Shown in pieces: positions 55,679-64,000 of a stretch of 64,000 nucleotides of DNA. The first letter of the stretch is position 1, and each line of letters opens with the position of its first letter. The DNA is from Spirochaetia bacterium (GTDB lineage Bacteria > Spirochaetota > Spirochaetia > SZUA-6 > Bin103). The notes under the pieces are model-generated. The model was not told the origin of the DNA. It did no database searches and saw only the letters and a list, made by a program, of their open reading frames with translations. The DNA is taken from NCBI GenBank assembly GCA_965203515.1, contig OZ241907.1, positions 1 to 64,000 of the forward strand, written 5' to 3'. The position numbers and the translations under genes are program-made.

Positions 55679-57232
55679 ATGTTGGCGCGTGTGGCATGCC
55701 ATGCCCCGATCGGCGTGGACGGCGTTCTGGTTACCGCGGAGGTCGACATACGGAGGGGCATGCCGGTCGTCGACATCGTCGGCCTGCCCGGCGGCGTGGT
55801 GCGCGAAGCGCGCGACCGCATCCGCGTCGCGATCCGCAACAGCGGCCTGTCGTTCCCGGACGACCGCATCCTGATCAACCTGTCGCCGGCGGCGGTCCGC
55901 AAGACCGGCGCGTCCTTCGACTTGCCGCTCGCGCTGGCGGTATTGGCCGCCTCCGGCCAGATCCCCTGGGACGACGAGGTGGAGATCATGGTGCTCGGTG
56001 AGCTGACCCTGCGCGGCGACGTGCGGCCCGTGCACGGCGCGCTGGCTGCGGTCGCCACCGGGTTGGAGCGCGGCATCGACCGCTTCGTCGTGCCGCGCGC
56101 CAACTTGGCCGAAGCGAGCGCGCTGGGGCGGGGAGCGATCGTTGGCGTCGGCTCGCTGGCGGAGGCGGTCGAGACGTTCCGGGAGGCGCGGCCCGATGCG
56201 TGGCCGCGCGCGGAGCGGCGGAGCGCCGCGGCGCCCGACCGCGCACCGGCCGGCGCGCGGTGCGGGGACTTCGCCGACCTGCGCGGACAAGACCGGCTGA
56301 AGCGGGCGCTGGAAATCGCCGCCGCCGGCCGCCACCACACGCTGATGTTCGGGCCGCCGGGCAGCGGCAAGACCATGGCGGCGCGGCGCCTGCCGGGAAT
56401 CCTGCCGACGCTCACCAGCCGACAGGCGCTGGAGGTGACGCGCGTGCACTCGGTGGCCGGCACCCTAGGAGCGGGCGCTTCGCTCATCACGCAGCCGCCG
56501 TTCCGCATGCCGCACCACAGCGCTTCGATGGAAGGGCTGATCGGCGGCGGCCGGATGCAGCGGCCGGGCGAAGTGTCGCTGGCGCATGGCGGCGTGCTGT
56601 TTCTCGACGAGACGCCGGAGTTCCGGGCGGCGCTGCTGCAGGCGCTGCGCGAGCCGCTGGAGTCGGGGGAGGTGACGGTCGTGCGCGCCGGCTACTCGGT
56701 GCGCTACCCGGCCGGCTTCCAGCTCGTCTGCGCCGCCAATCCGTGCCCGTGCGGCAACCTGGGCCGCGACGCCGGGGTCTGCCTGTGCTCGCCGGCGGAC
56801 GTGCATCGCTACTGGCGGCGGCTCGGCGGAGCGCTGCTCGACCGGATCGACGTCCGCGCGCCGGTGTCGCCGCCGCGGCCGGCCGACCTGCAGGCGTCGG
56901 CGCCGGAAGGCAGCGCCCGGATCGCGGCGCGCGTGGCGGAGGCGGTGGAGCGCCAGCGCCGCCGCTATCGCGGCATGGAGTGGGAACGCAACGCCGAGCT
57001 GCCGGCCGGGGCGGTGGAAGTGCACTGCCGGCTGGACGCGGCCGGCCGCGCGGCGCTGCGCGGCGCGGTCGACAAGCTCGGCCTGTCGGCCCGCGCCTAT
57101 CACGCGATCGCCCGCGTGGCGCGCACGATCGCCGACCTGGAGCGCTCGGATGGCGTGACGGTCGATCATCTGCTGGAGGCGGTGCAGCACCGGCGCTATG
57201 GCGACGGCGACCTGTGCTGGATCACGCTGTAG
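55679..57232 (+). CDS. comM: YifB/ComM Mg-chelatase-like AAA+ ATPase, intact
   Basis: IVGLP..VREARDR, INLSPA, FDLPLA, GPPGSGKT, PFRMPHHSAS, PGEVSLAHGGVLFLDE, NPCPCG, ARTIADL. Confidence 0.95.
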   Translation: MLARVACHAPIGVDGVLVTAEVDIRRGMPVVDIVGLPGGVVREARDRIRVAIRNSGLSFPDDRILINLSPAAVRKTGASFDLPLALAVLAASGQIPWDDEVEIMVLGELTLRGDVRPVHGALAAVATGLERGIDRFVVPRANLAEASALGRGAIVGVGSLAEAVETFREARPDAWPRAERRSAAAPDRAPAGARCGDFADLRGQDRLKRALEIAAAGRHHTLMFGPPGSGKTMAARRLPGILPTLTSRQALEVTRVHSVAGTLGAGASLITQPPFRMPHHSASMEGLIGGGRMQRPGEVSLAHGGVLFLDETPEFRAALLQALREPLESGEVTVVRAGYSVRYPAGFQLVCAANPCPCGNLGRDAGVCLCSPADVHRYWRRLGGALLDRIDVRAPVSPPRPADLQASAPEGSARIAARVAEAVERQRRRYRGMEWERNAELPAGAVEVHCRLDAAGRAALRGAVDKLGLSARAYHAIARVARTIADLERSDGVTVDHLLEAVQHRRYGDGDLCWITL

Positions 57233-57311
57233 GTGCGCCGTGCCGATGCGACCGCGTTATCATACCGTGAGCCATGCACCGCTGCGATCGGCTCCGATGG
57301 GCGTTGACGGG

Positions 57312-59042
57312 ATGCTGACCAGACTCCGTATCAGAAACTTCAAGCTGTTCGATGATGTCGACCTGGAGCTCGGCCAGCAGGTGGTGTTCATCGGCCCTAA
57401 CAACGCGGGCAAGACCACCGCCCTGCAGGCGCTCGCGCTCTGGGACATCGGCCGCGCGCGCTGGCTCGAAAAGCGCGGCGCCGGAGCCGGCCCGGCGAAG
57501 CGTTCCGGGGTCGCCATCAATCGCCGGGATCTCATCGCCCTGCCGGTGCCGACCGCCAACCTGCTGTGGCGCGACCTGCACCTGCGGGTCGGCCGCCGCG
57601 AGAACGGCAAGACTCGAACCGACAACGTACTGATCGACATCGCCGTCGATGGGACCATGGGCGCCGATGCCCCGCACCGGTGGACCTGCGGGCTGGAGTT
57701 CGACTACGCCAATGAAGAGGCGTTCTACTGCCGGCCGTTGCGCCGGGAGGATGGCGGCCGCCTGCCGGTGCCGGCGGCCGCGCGCGGCGTGCGCGTCGCC
57801 TACCTGCCGCCGATGTCGGGACTCGCAGCCAACGAGACCCGGCTCGACCCCGGCGCGATCAACGTCCGCATCGGCGAGGGGCGGACCGCCGAGGTGTTGC
57901 GCAATCTCTGTCACCGGATCGTCGAAGGCGCCGGCGGTGAGGACAAGTGGCGGCGGCTGTGCGATCGCATCGAAAGGCTGTTCGGCAGCCGCCTCGATCC
58001 GCCGCGCTATCTTCCCGAGCGCGGCGAGATCACGATGTCCTACCGCACCCGCGCCGGGGTGCGCCTCGACCTGTCGGCCAGCGGTCGCGGCGAGCAACAG
58101 ACCCTCCTGTTGCTCGCTCACATGACCGCCAACCCCGGCTCGGTACTGCTGCTCGACGAACCGGACGCCCATCTCGAAGTGATCCGCCAGCGCCAGACCT
58201 ATCAACTGCTGAGCGAGACCGCGGCAGAGACCGGCAGCCAGATCATCGCTGCCAGCCACTCCGAGGTGGTGCTCAACGAAGCCGCCGGTCGGGACGTGCT
58301 GATCGCCTTCGTCGGCGCGCCGCACCGCATCGACCGCCGCGGCAGCCAGGCGGCCAAGGCGCTCCGCGAGATCGGCTTCGAGCACTACCTGCAGGCGGAA
58401 GAGAAGGGCTGGGTCCTGTACCTGGAGGGATCGACCGACCTGGCGATACTGCTGGCGCTCGCCCGCCGCCTGCAGCATCCTGCGGCGGCGCTGCTGGAAG
58501 CGCCCTACGTCCACTACGTCGCCAATCGGCCGCGACGGGCGAGCGACCATTTCCACGGGTTGCGCGAGGCCAAGCCGGACCTGGTCGGCGTGGCGGTCTA
58601 CGACCGGCTGCAGTCGCCGCCGCCAGCGGATGACCCGCACCTGCTGCATCTCACCTGGAGGCGGCGCGAGCTGGAGAACTACCTCTGCCGGCGCGGCGTG
58701 CTGCTGGACTTCGCGGAAGCGGAGGGCCGGCGCCTCCAAGGCGATCTGTTCGGCGCCGCGTGGCGGGAGCGGATGCAGGCGTGCATCGACGAAATCGAGC
58801 AGGCGCTGCGGACGCTGGACGCGTCGTCGCCCTGGGGACCGGACGTCAAGGCCAGCGACGAGTTCCTGGACCCGCTGTTCACGCGTTTCTACGCCGCGTC
58901 GGACTCGCCCGACCTGATGCGCAAGGCCGACTATCACCGTTTGGCCGAGTTCCTGGAGGCCGGCGCCGCCGACGCCGAGATCACCGAGAAGCTCGACGCC
59001 ATCGCCGGCACCGCAGACCGTGCCCGCCCGCGCGAGCGCTGA
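57312..59042 (+). CDS. ABC-type (AAA_15-like) ATPase fused to TOPRIM-like domain (OLD/PARIS-like putative defence protein)
   Basis: LRIRNFK, GPNNAGKTT, SGRGEQQ, LLLDEPDAHL, ASHS; C-terminal YLEGSTD, VYDR, RELENYL. Confidence 0.75.
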   Translation: MLTRLRIRNFKLFDDVDLELGQQVVFIGPNNAGKTTALQALALWDIGRARWLEKRGAGAGPAKRSGVAINRRDLIALPVPTANLLWRDLHLRVGRRENGKTRTDNVLIDIAVDGTMGADAPHRWTCGLEFDYANEEAFYCRPLRREDGGRLPVPAAARGVRVAYLPPMSGLAANETRLDPGAINVRIGEGRTAEVLRNLCHRIVEGAGGEDKWRRLCDRIERLFGSRLDPPRYLPERGEITMSYRTRAGVRLDLSASGRGEQQTLLLLAHMTANPGSVLLLDEPDAHLEVIRQRQTYQLLSETAAETGSQIIAASHSEVVLNEAAGRDVLIAFVGAPHRIDRRGSQAAKALREIGFEHYLQAEEKGWVLYLEGSTDLAILLALARRLQHPAAALLEAPYVHYVANRPRRASDHFHGLREAKPDLVGVAVYDRLQSPPPADDPHLLHLTWRRRELENYLCRRGVLLDFAEAEGRRLQGDLFGAAWRERMQACIDEIEQALRTLDASSPWGPDVKASDEFLDPLFTRFYAASDSPDLMRKADYHRLAEFLEAGAADAEITEKLDAIAGTADRARPRER

Positions 59043-59098
59043 CCGCCGGCAGAGCGCACGGACGAACCGCCGACCGCGACTGCGCTACCATATGCGGC

Positions 59099-59503
59099 AT
59101 GTCCGCGCGCCAGTACGATTGGCTCCGTCAGGCAGAGGCGGACGTGCGCCACGCCCACCACGCACGCGATCACGCCGACCACGAATGGGCCTGCTTCGCC
59201 TCGCAGCAGGCGGCCGAGAAGTCGCTCAAGGCGGTGCTGGTGAGCCGCGGCGAAGACGCGTGGGGGCACACCGTGACCGCGCTGCTCGGTCTTCTGGTCA
59301 GCGCAGCGGAAGCCGGCGAGGAATTGATCGAATGCGCCAAGACCCTCGACAAGCACTACATACCGGCGCGCTATCCCAACGGTTTCGATGCGGGCGCGCC
59401 GACCGACTTCTACACGAAGAAGGACTCTGACGATGCCATCCTGTGCGCCGAACGGCTCATCGGCTTCGCTCGTCTTCAAATCGAACAATCAGGCGACCGT
59501 TGA
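59099..59503 (+). CDS. HEPN domain protein (MNT-associated type)
   Basis: WLRQAEAD, WACFASQQAAEKSLKA, WGH, LDKHYIPARYP. Confidence 0.9.
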   Translation: MSARQYDWLRQAEADVRHAHHARDHADHEWACFASQQAAEKSLKAVLVSRGEDAWGHTVTALLGLLVSAAEAGEELIECAKTLDKHYIPARYPNGFDAGAPTDFYTKKDSDDAILCAERLIGFARLQIEQSGDR

Positions 59504-59798
59504 AGCGGCGGTTCGCCGCTGGGCGCGTCACCTGCTGGCGAGCCGTCCCGAGGTGGTCCGGGTCATCTGGTTCGGCTCACGGGTAAACGGCACTCCGGCG
59601 CCGGGAAGCGACGTGGACGCCTGTGTGGTCATCTCCCGCTCCGACCGGCGGTTTCGGGATCGCATCGGCGATTACCTGCCGTTCGGGTTCCCCGTGGGCA
59701 TCGACCTGTTTCCGTACACCGTCGCGGAACTGGATCGACTCCGTGACGAGCATCCCGCGTGGTACCGGGCGATCACCTCCGGAATCGAGCTCCGATAG
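59433..59798 (+). CDS. Minimal nucleotidyltransferase (MNT)
   Basis: WFGSRVNG..PGSDVD (GSx10DxD), IDLFPYT..EL; AAGAAGGA SD; overlaps HEPN by 71 nt. Confidence 0.88.
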   Translation: MPSCAPNGSSASLVFKSNNQATVEAAVRRWARHLLASRPEVVRVIWFGSRVNGTPAPGSDVDACVVISRSDRRFRDRIGDYLPFGFPVGIDLFPYTVAELDRLRDEHPAWYRAITSGIELR

Positions 59799-59811
59799 AG
59801 ACGTGGGCGCG

Positions 59812-60642
59812 ATGGCGAAGGTCGACTTCGAGCCGGGCATCATCGGCCTTCCCGCGCGGCAGGCCGCGCTCTGGGGGTTTCGCTCCGGCGCGCGCGGCAC
59901 CCATACCAGCCGGACGATCATGCTCCGGGAGCTCTCGCTCCTGCTTCAGGCCGCGCCGATCGAGGCGGCGCGCGCCGACTACGCACGGCTCGTCATCGAC
60001 GAGAATTGCCTGGGCAAGCGCACCGCGGCGACTTGCAAGGCGTCGCTGCAGCGGCTGCGGGAGCTGTACGGCCTCGACCGCCGTCTGCTCCTGTTCCGGG
60101 TCCTCCGGGCACTGTGGCCGCACCACGAGTCGAGCCGCCCGCGGCTGGCGCTGCTGCTCGCCCTGGCGCGCGACCCGCTGCTGCGCGCTACCGCCCCGGC
60201 CGTGCTCGGCTGCCCCGTCGGCGGGACGCTCTCCCGGCAGGCGGTGACCGACCTTGTCTCCGACGCGGCCGGCGATCGCCTGAACCGGCGCACCGCGGAC
60301 CAGGTGGTGCGCAACGCCCTCTCCTCCTGGACCCAGTCCGGGCACCTGCGCGGCGCCGGCATCAAGGTCCGGCAGCGCGTACCGGCAACCCCCGCGGCCG
60401 CGGCGTACGCGCTGCTGCTCGGCTACGCCGCCGGCCGGCGCGGCAGCCTGCTGTTCGAGACCCCCTGGTGCGCGGTCCTCGACGCCGGCGCGGGAGGCCT
60501 GGTGGGGCAGGCCGCGGCGGCGAAGCGCCTCGGCCTGCTCGACCTCAAGCAATCGGGGCCGATGATCGAGGTTTCATTTGGTATCATGTTGGCGGACACC
60601 GGCGAGGAACTTGGCCATGGGACGCATCGACAAGCTGGCTGA
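59812..60642 (+). CDS. brxA: BREX BrxA-like protein
   Basis: GTHTSRTIML, VIDENCLGKRT..LQRLRELY helical motif; directly upstream of brxB-brxC. Confidence 0.65.
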   Translation: MAKVDFEPGIIGLPARQAALWGFRSGARGTHTSRTIMLRELSLLLQAAPIEAARADYARLVIDENCLGKRTAATCKASLQRLRELYGLDRRLLLFRVLRALWPHHESSRPRLALLLALARDPLLRATAPAVLGCPVGGTLSRQAVTDLVSDAAGDRLNRRTADQVVRNALSSWTQSGHLRGAGIKVRQRVPATPAAAAYALLLGYAAGRRGSLLFETPWCAVLDAGAGGLVGQAAAAKRLGLLDLKQSGPMIEVSFGIMLADTGEELGHGTHRQAG

Positions 60643-61171
60643 GCGCTACGGACGCTACCTCGCGCTGCCGTGGGAGCAGGACCTGGCCGGCGCCGAGCGG
60701 GTGATCTTCCTGGTCTACGACAAGAGCGACGAACGGCGCCTGCGCGCGCGCAAGACCCTCTTCGAGCTGGCGACCAGGCGGGCCGGACACCGCTGGCAGG
60801 AGTGCGATCTGACGGCGGCGTTCGCGCGCTGGATGGCCGGGATCGACTACCGCGACAGCTACTTCGAGTCGCCGGAAGACCTGGAGCTCAAGCTCGAAGA
60901 GGACTTCGCGGAGTACGCGGCCGCCAGCGTGCGCGAGCGATTGCGGTCGCCGCAAGCCGGCCGCGGCTCGGTCACCGGCGTGTTCGGCATCGCCTCGCTG
61001 TTCGGGTTCGTCCGTCTGTCCGATCTGATGAGGGCGGTCGAGCAGGACGTCGCGGGCCGCCTCGCGGTGTTCTTTCCGGGCGAATATGAAGACAGTCAGT
61101 ACCGGCTGTTGAACGCTCGGGACGGCTGGAACTACCTGGCCGTGCCGATCACCGCGCACGACGAACGATGA
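60617..61171 (+). CDS. brxB: BREX BrxB (DUF1788-like)
   Basis: IFLVYD..DE, GIASLFGFVRLS, LAVFFPGEY, NYLA; GAGGA SD. Confidence 0.85.
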   Translation: MGRIDKLAERYGRYLALPWEQDLAGAERVIFLVYDKSDERRLRARKTLFELATRRAGHRWQECDLTAAFARWMAGIDYRDSYFESPEDLELKLEEDFAEYAAASVRERLRSPQAGRGSVTGVFGIASLFGFVRLSDLMRAVEQDVAGRLAVFFPGEYEDSQYRLLNARDGWNYLAVPITAHDER

Positions 61172-64000
61172 ATACTCCGACACCGACGTTGCAGAACCGG
61201 GACGTCTACCGGCAGGACCCCGACGAGATCTCCTTGCTGAACCACGGCGTCGCCGCCATGACCGACGCCGCGACCGCGGACGAGCGCCGCATCCTGCGCT
61301 TCGAGCTGCGCCACTTCGTCTGCGCCGGCCAGTACCGCGGCGGTCTGGTCCGCATCCTGGAGTCCTACCTCCGGCACCAGGGCCAGCCGGAGCAGCCGGC
61401 GGCCTGGATCAGCGGCTTCTTCGGCAGCGGCAAGTCGCATCTGGCAAAGATGCTGCGCTTCCTGTGGGCCGACTTCACGTTCCCGGAGGATGGCGCCACC
61501 GCGCGCGGCCTGGCGCGGCTGCCGGACGAGGTGCGGGACCTGCTCGCCGAGGTCTCCACCCTGGGTCGGCGCGGGCGCGGGCTGCACGCCGCGGCCGGCA
61601 CGCTGGGCGCCGGCGCCGGGGACAGCGTCCGGCTGGCGCTGCTCGGCATCGTCTTCAAGTCCGCCGGTCTGCCGGAGAGCTGGCCCCTGGCGCAGTTCTG
61701 CCTGTGGCTCAAGAAGAACCGCCTCTACGACCGGGTGCGCGCCGCGGTCGAGGCGGAAGGGCGGCCGTTTCGGCGCGAGTTGCAGGACCTGTACGTGAGT
61801 CCGGTCATCGCCCGCGCGCTGCTCGCCGCCGATGCCGGCCTCGCCCGCGACGAGCGGGAGGTCCGGGCGGTGCTGCGCGGGCAGTTCCCCAAGGCCGCCG
61901 ACATCACCACCGACCAGTTCGTCGACGCGCTGCAGGAGGCGCTGGCGGCCGGCGGCGCGCTGCCGGCGACGGCGATCATTCTCGACGAGGTGCAGCAGTA
62001 CATCGGCGAGGACACCGACCGCTCCTACGTCGTCCAGGAGGTGGTCGAAGCGTGCAGCAAGCGGTTCGGCGACCGCCTGCTGTTCGTCGGCACCGGTCAG
62101 ACGGCGCTCTCCGGCACCGCGGCGCTGCATCGCCTGCAGGGCCGCTTCGCGGTCAACGTGGAGCTCTCCGATGCCGACGTCGAGACGGTGATCCGGCGCG
62201 TGGTGCTGGCCAAGCGCCAGGATCGCGTTGCCGAGGTCCGCGCGGCCCTGGAGGCGAACGCGGGGGAAATCGGCCGCCACCTGACCGGCAGCCGGATCGG
62301 CCCGCGCGCCGAGGATCAGGAGATTCTGGTCGACGACTACCCGCTGCTGCCGGTGCGCCGGCGCTTCTGGGAGTACGCGCTGCGCGCGGTCGACCGCGCC
62401 GGCACCGCCGGGCAGCTCCGCACCCAACTCCGCATCGTCTACGACGCCATCCGCCGCACCGCCGGCGAGCCGCTCGGAAGCGTCGTGCCGGCCGACTTCC
62501 TGTTCGACGAACAGGCGTCCAGTCTGCAGCAGTCCGGCGTGTTGCTGCGCGAGCTGCACGAGACGATCGTCCGGCAGCGAGCTGACGGCAGTGCCGACGG
62601 CCTCCTCAAGTCGCGGCTGTGCGCGCTGGTCTTCCTGATCCGCAAGCTCCCGCGCGAGGCCGGGGCGGACATCGGCGTGCACGCCACCGCGGAGGCGCTG
62701 GCCGACCTGCTGGTGCGGGATCTGGCGACCGACGGCGCGGCGCTGCGCGGCCGGCTGCCGGCGCTCCTGGACGAGTTGGTCGCCGCCGGCACGCTGATGC
62801 AGCTCGGCCGGGAGTTCAGCCTGCAGACCCGCGAGAGCAGCGACTGGGAAGCGGAGTTCCGCAACCGGCAGCGCCGGCTTGCCGGCGATCCGGCCGCCAT
62901 GAGCAGCGTGCGCACCGCGCTGCTCGGCAGCGCGGTGCAGGCGGCGCTGGGGCCGCTGCGGCTCACCCACGGGGCGAGCAAGGAACCGCGCAAGCTGGCG
63001 CTGCACTTCGGGTCCGAGGCGCCGTCGGCGGACCGCGACCTCCCGGTGTGGGTGCGCGACGGGTGGGGCGCCGCGGAGAGCGCCGTGCTGGCCGAGGCGC
63101 GCGCCGCCGGCGCGGACGACCCGGTGATCCACCTGTTCGTGCCCAAGTCCGACGCCGACGCGCTGGCGCGGCTGATCGCCGCCCGCGGCGCCGCGCAGGA
63201 GACGCTGGACTACCAGGGCATCCCGTCCGGGCCGGAAGGGATCGAGGCGCGAGGGGGCATGGAGACGCGGCTGACCGCGGCGGAGCGCAACCTGCAGGCA
63301 ATGATGGCGCGCGCTGCCGGCGGCGCGAAGGTGTTTCAGGGCGGCGGCCACGAGCGGCCGGAATCGACCGTGGCCGAGAAGGTGCGGGCAGCGGCGGCCG
63401 CCTCGCTGGAGCGGCTGTTCTTCCGGTTCAAGGACGCCGACCACGACCGTTGGCCCGCGGTGATCGAGCGCGCCCGCGGCGGCGCGGAAAGCCCGTTGGC
63501 GGCGCTCGACTTCAACGGCAAGACCGCGGACCACCCGGTGTGCGCGGCGGTGCTCGCCTGGGTCGGCGCCGGCAAGCGGGGCCGGGAGGTGCGCGCCCAC
63601 TTCTCGGCGCCGCCCTGCGGCTGGCCGCGCGACGCGATCGACGGGGCGCTGCTCAGCCTGTTCGCGACCGGGCACCTGCGCGCGACCGCCAACGGCGTGG
63701 CCGTCGCCCCGCGCGGGCTGGACCAGGCAAAGGTGTCTCGTACGGACTTCCGGGTGGAGACCGCGACGGTCGCCGCGCCGCAGCGCCTGCAGGCGCGCAG
63801 GCTGTTTCAGAGCGCGGGCGTGGACTGCAAGCCGAACGAAGAGGTGGAGGCGGCCGGCCGCTTTCTGGACCGGCTCCTGGAGCTGGCCGCCGGCGCCGGC
63901 GGCGAGGCGCCGCTGCCGGTCCGGCCGGATACCGGAGCGGTGGAGGAGCTGCGCTCCCGGGCCGGCAACGAGCAGCTCCTGGCGGTGCTCGACCGGCACG
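61168..64000 (+). CDS. brxC: BREX P-loop ATPase BrxC, 3' truncated by window (not in supplied ORF track)
   Basis: ATGA overlap with brxB; FVCAGQY, Walker A WISGFFGSGKSHL, Walker B ILDEVQQYIG, DYPLLP; frame appears open to the window end. Confidence 0.9.
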   Translation, partial: MNTPTPTLQNRDVYRQDPDEISLLNHGVAAMTDAATADERRILRFELRHFVCAGQYRGGLVRILESYLRHQGQPEQPAAWISGFFGSGKSHLAKMLRFLWADFTFPEDGATARGLARLPDEVRDLLAEVSTLGRRGRGLHAAAGTLGAGAGDSVRLALLGIVFKSAGLPESWPLAQFCLWLKKNRLYDRVRAAVEAEGRPFRRELQDLYVSPVIARALLAADAGLARDEREVRAVLRGQFPKAADITTDQFVDALQEALAAGGALPATAIILDEVQQYIGEDTDRSYVVQEVVEACSKRFGDRLLFVGTGQTALSGTAALHRLQGRFAVNVELSDADVETVIRRVVLAKRQDRVAEVRAALEANAGEIGRHLTGSRIGPRAEDQEILVDDYPLLPVRRRFWEYALRAVDRAGTAGQLRTQLRIVYDAIRRTAGEPLGSVVPADFLFDEQASSLQQSGVLLRELHETIVRQRADGSADGLLKSRLCALVFLIRKLPREAGADIGVHATAEALADLLVRDLATDGAALRGRLPALLDELVAAGTLMQLGREFSLQTRESSDWEAEFRNRQRRLAGDPAAMSSVRTALLGSAVQAALGPLRLTHGASKEPRKLALHFGSEAPSADRDLPVWVRDGWGAAESAVLAEARAAGADDPVIHLFVPKSDADALARLIAARGAAQETLDYQGIPSGPEGIEARGGMETRLTAAERNLQAMMARAAGGAKVFQGGGHERPESTVAEKVRAAAAASLERLFFRFKDADHDRWPAVIERARGGAESPLAALDFNGKTADHPVCAAVLAWVGAGKRGREVRAHFSAPPCGWPRDAIDGALLSLFATGHLRATANGVAVAPRGLDQAKVSRTDFRVETATVAAPQRLQARRLFQSAGVDCKPNEEVEAAGRFLDRLLELAAGAGGEAPLPVRPDTGAVEELRSRAGNEQLLAVLDRH

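Larger units (their letters stand above)
57233..64000 (+). other. Defence island following comM (ATPase-TOPRIM, HEPN-MNT, BREX)
   Basis: Abrupt switch from housekeeping genes to co-oriented defence-type genes; no integrase within window. Confidence 0.75.

Noticed and set aside
55679..57311. ICE/prophage insertion disrupting comM, att site or integrase
   Set aside because: comM is full-length; no integrase, transposase or identifiable att repeat in the window, and island composition looks similar to the host

Overview
High-GC (roughly 70%, by eye) bacterial chromosome segment. Gene content and order point to a Spirochaetota genome: rpsT-hbb-bactofilin-rho, rplU-rpmA-nadD-LCP-rsfS-tRNA-rplY-pth-tilS-ftsH, prfB-PEGA-ftsY-hypothetical-lolCDE, a spirochaete-type hrpA and pcnB. 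Bases 1-57232 are dense housekeeping genes (translation, envelope/lipoprotein biogenesis, RNA metabolism, DNA repair) with six CCA-less tRNA genes. Right after an intact comM/yifB gene a defence island begins (57312-64000, truncated by the window). It encodes a single-gene ABC-ATPase+TOPRIM-like protein, a HEPN-MNT pair and the start of a type I-like BREX operon (brxA, brxB, brxC; brxC is missing from the supplied ORF track because it has no stop in the window). Read directly from the DNA: about ten genes have a sigma70 -10 box only 6-8 nt before the start codon (predicted leaderless mRNAs); rpsU appears to use an ATA start behind a strong Shine-Dalgarno; several CTG starts and 6-19 aa bridging mini-ORFs sit at gene junctions; two perfect palindromes lie in divergent promoters; prfB has its +1 frameshift; and there are many in-frame 15/18/21-bp tandem micro-duplications. 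Protein calls come from recognised motifs and recalled synteny, not database searches. Start positions are best estimates.
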